DNA from: Promethearchaeota archaeon
GTDB taxonomy: Archaea; Asgardarchaeota; Lokiarchaeia; Sigyniarchaeales; SOKP01
Assembly (NCBI GenBank): GCA_030606485.1
Contig: JAUWGH010000003.1
Coordinates: 1 to 32,000 of the forward strand
DNA: 32,000 nt
Direction of reading: 5' to 3'
The position numbers and the translations under genes were made by a program. The notes beneath the pieces were generated by a model. The model worked only from the letters and a program-made list of their open reading frames with translations. It did not search any database and was not told the origin of the DNA. This document shows, piece after piece, positions 27,022 to 32,000 of the stretch (within the stretch, counting starts at the first letter, position 1; each line of letters begins with the position of its first letter).

Positions 27022-27091
27022 TACTTTAAATGTATTTAAAAAAAATAAATTCGAAAAGATTATTACAATTGAAAAGAAAAATTAAATTATT

Positions 27092-27922
27092 ATGAATTTT
27101 GCAGAAGTAAATGGGATAAAAATTTGTTATGAGATGCATGGCGATGGATATCCAGTTATTTTAGTTGAAGGATATGGCGCAAAAAAAGAAGAGTGGATTG
27201 CACAAATTGGTCCATTATCAGAACATTTCAAAGTTATTACTTTGGATAACCGTGGATCTGGCAAATCAGATCGCCCAAACTATCCTTATACAATGGAAAT
27301 GTTTGCAGATGATATTAAAGGTTTAATGGATTTTCCTGGTCTAAAAAAGGCGCATATTGTAGGAAAATCCCTAGGTGGGATGATCGTCCAAATATTTGCA
27401 TTAAAATATTCGCAATATGTAAATAAATTGGTATTATTGAATACATCTACTGGTTATCCAAGTGATCAAGGCCCAGAAATGTATAAACAAGGAAAAATTG
27501 ATAATTATTACGCAAAACTTAAAGATCCTTTTAAGACTTTTTTCGAAAGTGCAAGAGGAGGATACTCTCGGAAATTTAGAAAATTAATGCAGGAAGATCC
27601 AAAAAGAAAATTCCATGGACTTTGGTCAGCTGAAGATCTTATAAAAGAAAGTACAATTGACCCTACAACCCCGCAAGATATTGAAAATCAAGCAAATAGA
27701 CTTAAAGGATTTCATTCTCTTGAAAAATTACGAGAAATTAAGAGTGAGACTTTAATTCTAGGAGCTGAAAAAGATAGAGTTATGTCGGTATATAATCAAC
27801 AACAAATGCATGAAAGAATTCCTAATAGCACAATAAAAATAATTAAGGATGTAGGGCATGGTTCTAATTTAGAAAAAGCACCAGAAGTAAATCAAATTCT
27901 TATAGACTTTTTAAGAAATTAA
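27092..27922 (+). CDS. Alpha/beta hydrolase (Abhydrolase_1)
   Basis: LDNRGSGKS, nucleophile elbow GKSLGG, GAEKD (acid) and GHG (His). Confidence 0.9.
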   Translation: MNFAEVNGIKICYEMHGDGYPVILVEGYGAKKEEWIAQIGPLSEHFKVITLDNRGSGKSDRPNYPYTMEMFADDIKGLMDFPGLKKAHIVGKSLGGMIVQIFALKYSQYVNKLVLLNTSTGYPSDQGPEMYKQGKIDNYYAKLKDPFKTFFESARGGYSRKFRKLMQEDPKRKFHGLWSAEDLIKESTIDPTTPQDIENQANRLKGFHSLEKLREIKSETLILGAEKDRVMSVYNQQQMHERIPNSTIKIIKDVGHGSNLEKAPEVNQILIDFLRN

Positions 27923-27965
27923 ATTATGTCTTATTATTATGGCTAAATAAAATAGAGGGATTATT

Positions 27966-28100
27966 ATGAGTTTTGCAGATGTAAATGGAATAAATATTTG
28001 TTATGAGATACATGGTGATGGTTATCCAGTAATATTGATTCATGGATTTGGTGGAAAAAAAGAGAATAGTTCAGTCATAACTATTAAAAAAGTAGAATGA
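27966..28100 (+). pseudogene. Internally deleted alpha/beta hydrolase paralogue
   Basis: MSFADVNGINICYEIHGDGYPVILIHGFGGKKE aligns with the first 33 aa of 27092..27922, then jumps to NSSVITIKKVE*, resembling the C-terminal NSTIKIIKDVG. Confidence 0.85.
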
Positions 28101-28184
28101 AAATAAGTTTAATTATAAATTGATTTTAAGAATTATAATATCTTTAATTAACGACTTGTAATATATGGTATTTAGGGAAAGCTT

Positions 28185-28949
28185 TTGATAGAAAAAAGAG
28201 TGTTAATTCAAAGTACCACTGGAAGTGATCTTCATGGGATCCATTATTTGCACAGTAAAGAATCAAAAAAAACATCAATTTTAATAATGTGCCATGGTTT
28301 TACAGGGGATAAATATGAATATGGCCGTTTTCCTGAATTAACTAAAACTTGTAATAAAGAGGGAATCGATGGACTGATTTTTGATTTTACGGGTTCTGGA
28401 GAAAATGAGAGAGTTCCCATAACTTTATTCAAACAAATTGAGGATTTAGAATCAGTATATAAATGGGTGCAAAATCAAGGTTATGGAAACATTGCTGTAT
28501 TGGGATTATCATTCGGAGGTCTCACTGCACTAGGATCTAATTTACCCGGAATCAAAACATATATTTTTTGGGCACCAGTTTTATTTCTTCATACTACTGA
28601 CGATCAAACCGATTGGTTTAAGGATTTAAACAAAGGTCCCGTAGAAATTCCATCAACTATAGAGGGAAGGCCTGTAATCATCGATTTAAGTTTTATGACA
28701 GATTTTGCAAAGCTTCGAGTAAAATCTCATTTAAAAAAGTTGGATTACCCCGTATTAATTGTACAAGGAACTTCCGATGAAATAGTGCCTTATGAATTAA
28801 CAAGAAAAGCATTCAATTTTATACCAAATAATAATAAAAATAAGCTTGTAGAAATAGAAAATGCTCCTCATGACTTCGAAGGGGAACATCTAAAAGAATT
28901 CATAAAGCACACAATTGATTGGTTGAAATTTTATTTAGGTGGAAATTGA
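28185..28949 (+). CDS. Alpha/beta hydrolase (Hydrolase_4/OsmC-associated type)
   Basis: CHGFTG, FDFTGSGE, GLSFGG, VQGTSDEIVP and APHDF; TTG start. Confidence 0.9.
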   Translation: MIEKRVLIQSTTGSDLHGIHYLHSKESKKTSILIMCHGFTGDKYEYGRFPELTKTCNKEGIDGLIFDFTGSGENERVPITLFKQIEDLESVYKWVQNQGYGNIAVLGLSFGGLTALGSNLPGIKTYIFWAPVLFLHTTDDQTDWFKDLNKGPVEIPSTIEGRPVIIDLSFMTDFAKLRVKSHLKKLDYPVLIVQGTSDEIVPYELTRKAFNFIPNNNKNKLVEIENAPHDFEGEHLKEFIKHTIDWLKFYLGGN

Positions 28950-29001
28950 TTAATTATATTTCGCTTTCAATGATTTTTGGTGTTTTCAATAATAATATTT
29001 C

Positions 29002-29103
29002 ACAAATAGTACTTTAATTATATTAGAAAATGTTGGATATGATTCCCCCTTTGAAAAAGCACCGGAAGTTAATTAACATATAATAGATCTTCTAAAAGAA
29101 TAG
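29002..29103 (+). pseudogene. C-terminal remnant of an alpha/beta hydrolase paralogue
   Basis: TNSTLIILENVGYDSPFEKAPEVN*HIIDLLKE* versus PNSTIKIIKDVGHGSNLEKAPEVNQILIDFLRN*. Same length, with an in-frame TAA at the Gln position and Tyr at the catalytic His. Confidence 0.85.
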
Positions 29104-29115
29104 ATTTAATTAAAA

Positions 29116-30153
29116 GTGGAAATGAATAATATGCAAAACGAAATTATAAAACCATCTGATTTGTTAGATGAGAATGGGAAATTAATTCAAAAAGGCTGGG
29201 CTCGAAAATTAATTTTAAATTATAATAGAGAGAATATAAAAGCCGGCTGGCACAGAATAAAAGAGTGGGATTATTATGCGATTTTACATCCTGATTTCGG
29301 CATTTCATTAGTTATTGCAGATGTAGGATATCTTGGTTTAACTACTGTCGCTTGGCTCGATTTTATAGAAAAAACATATACATCAGAAGACCAGTTAAAA
29401 TTATTTACTAGGGGAAAATTAGATTTGCCAAGAACTTCTGAATCTGGAGATATCAACTTCTCAAGTAAAAAAATAAATGTAAATTTTGAAAAGAGAGGTA
29501 GTAATCGCATTTTGTCAGTCGATTATCCAGGATTTATGAAGGGTAAAGGAATTAAGGGTGAAATAACACTTTTTCAAGACCCAAATATGGATACAATGGT
29601 AATTGCAACACCCTTTAAAGAAAAAGAGACTAGGTTTTATTACAACCAAAAAATAAATTGCATGTCTGCAAAGGGAACAATACAACTGGGGGAGGATACT
29701 TATGAATTTACAGAAGATAAATGTTTTAGTGTTCTGGATTGGGGTCGAGGGGTCTGGACGTATAAAAATAGATGGTATTGGGGTTCTGCTTCGGGGTTAT
29801 TGGAAGGAGTCCCGATTGGATGGAATATTGGATATGGATTTGGTGATACATCAGCTGCAAGTGAAAATTTAATATTCTATGATGGAAAAGGGCATAAATT
29901 TGATCAAGTTACTTTCCATATTGACTCAAATGATTATTTAAAACCATGGAAATTTACGAGCAATGATGGACGTTTTGAGATGGATTTTGAACCAATATTT
30001 GATCGAACTAATAAAATGAATCTTTTAATTTTAAAGACAGAGCCACATCAAATTTTTGGTTATTATACGGGGGACATAGTTCTTGATGATGGAAAAAAAC
30101 TTCATATCGATCGAATGTTAGGGTTTGCAGAAGAAGTGTTTAATAAATGGTAA
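29116..30153 (+). CDS. DUF2804 family protein
   Basis: GWAR, RIKEWDYY, FYYNQKINC, LDWGRGVW, WYWG, GWNIGYGF and HQIFGYY. The true start may be the ATG at 29122 or 29131. Confidence 0.85.
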   Translation: MEMNNMQNEIIKPSDLLDENGKLIQKGWARKLILNYNRENIKAGWHRIKEWDYYAILHPDFGISLVIADVGYLGLTTVAWLDFIEKTYTSEDQLKLFTRGKLDLPRTSESGDINFSSKKINVNFEKRGSNRILSVDYPGFMKGKGIKGEITLFQDPNMDTMVIATPFKEKETRFYYNQKINCMSAKGTIQLGEDTYEFTEDKCFSVLDWGRGVWTYKNRWYWGSASGLLEGVPIGWNIGYGFGDTSAASENLIFYDGKGHKFDQVTFHIDSNDYLKPWKFTSNDGRFEMDFEPIFDRTNKMNLLILKTEPHQIFGYYTGDIVLDDGKKLHIDRMLGFAEEVFNKW

Positions 30154-30263
30154 AGGAGATTAATTAAAATCTAATTTTTTAGAGGTTTTTTGCTACTTTT
30201 ATTCCTTTTTATATTTCCTTCTTTGATTTCTCCCTTAAATATAATCTTCTTATTAGTAAAATT

Positions 30264-31451
30264 TCATACATATTCTATAGTAGCAGGAGGTTTTGGGGTT
30301 ATATCATAATAAATGTATTTTGTTTCAGGGAATTCAAGCAATTCATTTTTAATTTGATTTATTAAATCTATTGGCAGATTAGTAACGCTTGCTGTCCTTG
30401 CGTCTTTACTATTAATACTTCGGATTATTAAATCATATCGTCCTTTTTGATTGCAGTCAAGTTCAAAAAACATTCTAGCATATCCTTTAATTTGCGCGGC
30501 GATCTTTGTAAGTTTTTCGTAATCCCAATTACCCTTCACACATAATGGAACTTCGTAAGATCTTTTACCATCAACTATCCCAGTGACTTTTTTATTAAGA
30601 ACATCTTCACTAATTGCTGCAAACGCTTGAAACGGTTCTTGTTCTCCAGTTTCGTTAATTATCATTGATTTCCCATATTTTTCTTTATAATAATCATCAA
30701 CACGAGTTTCTACAATGTCATGAACTTTTTTTTCAAAATCTAAATTATCAAGAGTTACTGACCCTATAATTCTTGCCGAGAGAGCAGGTCCAGGAAATGC
30801 TTTTCTATAAACTAATTCTTGAGGCATATTAAAATATTCAAGAACCTTTCGAACTTCTGGTTTCATTAGACTGGCTACGGGCTGAATAGTCGCATCAACA
30901 TCGTATTCAATTTCCACATTATGCTGACTTTTTACAAATCCTTTGATATATTTTTTTTTCAATACATTCTCTTCTTCTAAAGACATTGTTTCTTTTAAGT
31001 CTGTGATTTTTACTCCAAAACTTTCTTCAATATCTGGAAGAATAGTGCCATCTGCGAGTAAATCACAATTCTCCTCATCTATAACTCTACCTATAGTTTC
31101 TGAGTAGGCATCTTTGAAAAGTTTTCTCTTTACTTCTGCATCTCCCTTACCTATAATTTTAGGGAGAAATTTCTCCCGAATATCTAAAATAATGGTATCA
31201 GGAAAAGTTTTCTTAATATACTCTCTTTCTTCTACGCCTTTAATTATTCTCATTAGTCCATGATCAATAAATACTGGAATCACATTGATTTTCGCTTTTT
31301 TAAGTAGAAGATATGTGGCGGAACTATCCACCCCTCCAGATAGTGCGCAAAAAACTTTTTTTTCCTTTGCATGTTTTTGTAAAAATTGAACAGCAGCATC
31401 TACAAACTTCTTAGGTTCGTGAGGTGCATTTATTAAGCGATGGTTTAACAT
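30264..31451 (-). CDS. guaAB: GMP synthase ATP-pyrophosphatase subunit (no glutaminase domain)
   Basis: CALSGGVDSS (PP-loop), GTILPD, KSQHN, FPGPALSAR and terminal DITPKPPATIEYV. Confidence 0.9.
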   Translation of the reverse strand: MLNHRLINAPHEPKKFVDAAVQFLQKHAKEKKVFCALSGGVDSSATYLLLKKAKINVIPVFIDHGLMRIIKGVEEREYIKKTFPDTIILDIREKFLPKIIGKGDAEVKRKLFKDAYSETIGRVIDEENCDLLADGTILPDIEESFGVKITDLKETMSLEEENVLKKKYIKGFVKSQHNVEIEYDVDATIQPVASLMKPEVRKVLEYFNMPQELVYRKAFPGPALSARIIGSVTLDNLDFEKKVHDIVETRVDDYYKEKYGKSMIINETGEQEPFQAFAAISEDVLNKKVTGIVDGKRSYEVPLCVKGNWDYEKLTKIAAQIKGYARMFFELDCNQKGRYDLIIRSINSKDARTASVTNLPIDLINQIKNELLEFPETKYIYYDITPKPPATIEYV

Positions 31452-31553
31452 AGCGTATTTAATGATGTAAGATTTAATTAACTTTTTGGTTATTATTAAA
31501 AAATTAGTAAAATTATATGAGAATCTGGGCTAATCAAACAATTTTATATTAAA

Positions 31554-31998
31554 TTAATCGATTAACATTGAATCGGGTAAGATCCATACTGGTGGATCTT
31601 TTCGAAGTCCTTTTTTTTTTAAAGATTCAATTTTTCTCTTATAATTTTTATAAAAATCCTGTCCTAATAAGCAAATTCCTTCATCTATTGCATCTAGGAT
31701 CGATACAATGCCTTGAATAAACATTGTATCGAACTCTTTAGGAGTATAACAAAAAGCGTCTAAACCAAGTTTACGGTTATGTTTCTCGTAAATTATACTA
31801 GAACGATTAATAAATTTCTCTTTAAAATCTCCTATAAATATTAAATCTATGTCGCTATGAGGTAGAAAATCCTCTCTAACTCGAGATCCAAATAAGATTA
31901 CACAATCTAAGGAGATACATTTCTTAATTTCTTTAATAAAATTGCTAAGATAATTAATTACATCTTCATTTTTTTGAATTTTTTTTGAAATAATTCAT
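31554..31998 (-). CDS. Minimal nucleotidyltransferase (MNT); start uncertain or frameshifted
   Basis: Not in the ORF track. My translation: ...NEDVINYLSNFIKEIKKCISLDCVILFGSRVREDFLPHSDIDLIFIG...LDAFCYTPKEF...ILDAIDEGICL...PVWILPDSMLID*, with the GS...DxD motif. The frame is open from 31994. The ATG at 31998 is out of frame by one base across an A8 run. Confidence 0.85.
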
Positions 31999-32000
31999 CT

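Noticed and set aside
12-28432. Short overlapping ORFs in the track (e.g. 12..347, 1060..1287, 2146..2379, 2729..3091, 5405..5683, 7232..7429, 10877..11756, 17219..18540, 19395..19862, 22199..24612, 26693..27085, 28244..28432)
   Set aside because: They are antisense or alternate-frame shadows of well-supported genes and show no recognisable motifs.
29274-29510. 78-aa minus-strand ORF
   Set aside because: It lies entirely antisense within the DUF2804 gene and has no motif.
31995-31997. In-frame TGA upstream of the MNT frame as a selenocysteine or readthrough codon
   Set aside because: No supporting context is visible, and MNTs are not known selenoproteins. The ATGA overlap with a homopolymer slip is the simpler explanation.
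1-32000. rRNA, tRNA and CRISPR arrays
   Set aside because: There is no GC-rich structured intergenic segment or regularly spaced repeat, and all gaps are short and AT-rich. A covariance search would be needed to exclude small ncRNAs.

Overview
This is a low-GC (roughly 30%), gene-dense prokaryotic window. It is most consistent with an Asgard archaeon of the Lokiarchaeia type; this is an inference from a Hef/FANCM-type helicase, a split GMP synthase subunit, TreT, an IPGF-TM-basic C-terminal anchor and expanded alpha/beta hydrolases. In order, the window holds: (1) a stand-alone PEP-utilising phospho-histidine swivel domain paired with a 455-aa protein of unknown function; (2) a convergent operon encoding an SCP2-like protein, two 2-hydroxyacyl-CoA dehydratase/benzoyl-CoA reductase-type subunits and a lipocalin-like beta-barrel protein; (3) an ACT protein, followed by a junction carrying diverged 3' remnants of both the Hef gene and the ACT gene; (4) a sugar (trehalose/maltose-type) ABC transporter with a fused permease, plus divergent treT; (5) a Hef-like helicase with no recognisable nuclease domain; (6) a MenA1/MenT1-like toxin-antitoxin pair; (7) an ICMT-like membrane methyltransferase; (8) a corrinoid-fold/MtaA-type fusion whose DxHxxG motif reads GPWTIG; (9) a high-GC GNAT and a 2H phosphoesterase; (10) Fe-S protein, DUF169, GHMP kinase and sugar nucleotidyltransferase genes; (11) an AbrB-PIN toxin-antitoxin pair; (12) tandem DUF998-like genes; (13) an alpha/beta hydrolase cluster with two decayed paralogues; (14) DUF2804; (15) a GMP synthase subunit with a duplicated C-terminal subdomain; (16) a minimal nucleotidyltransferase at the right edge that the ORF track misses. 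I saw no rRNA, tRNA, CRISPR array or transposase. All family assignments come from motif recognition, not database searches.
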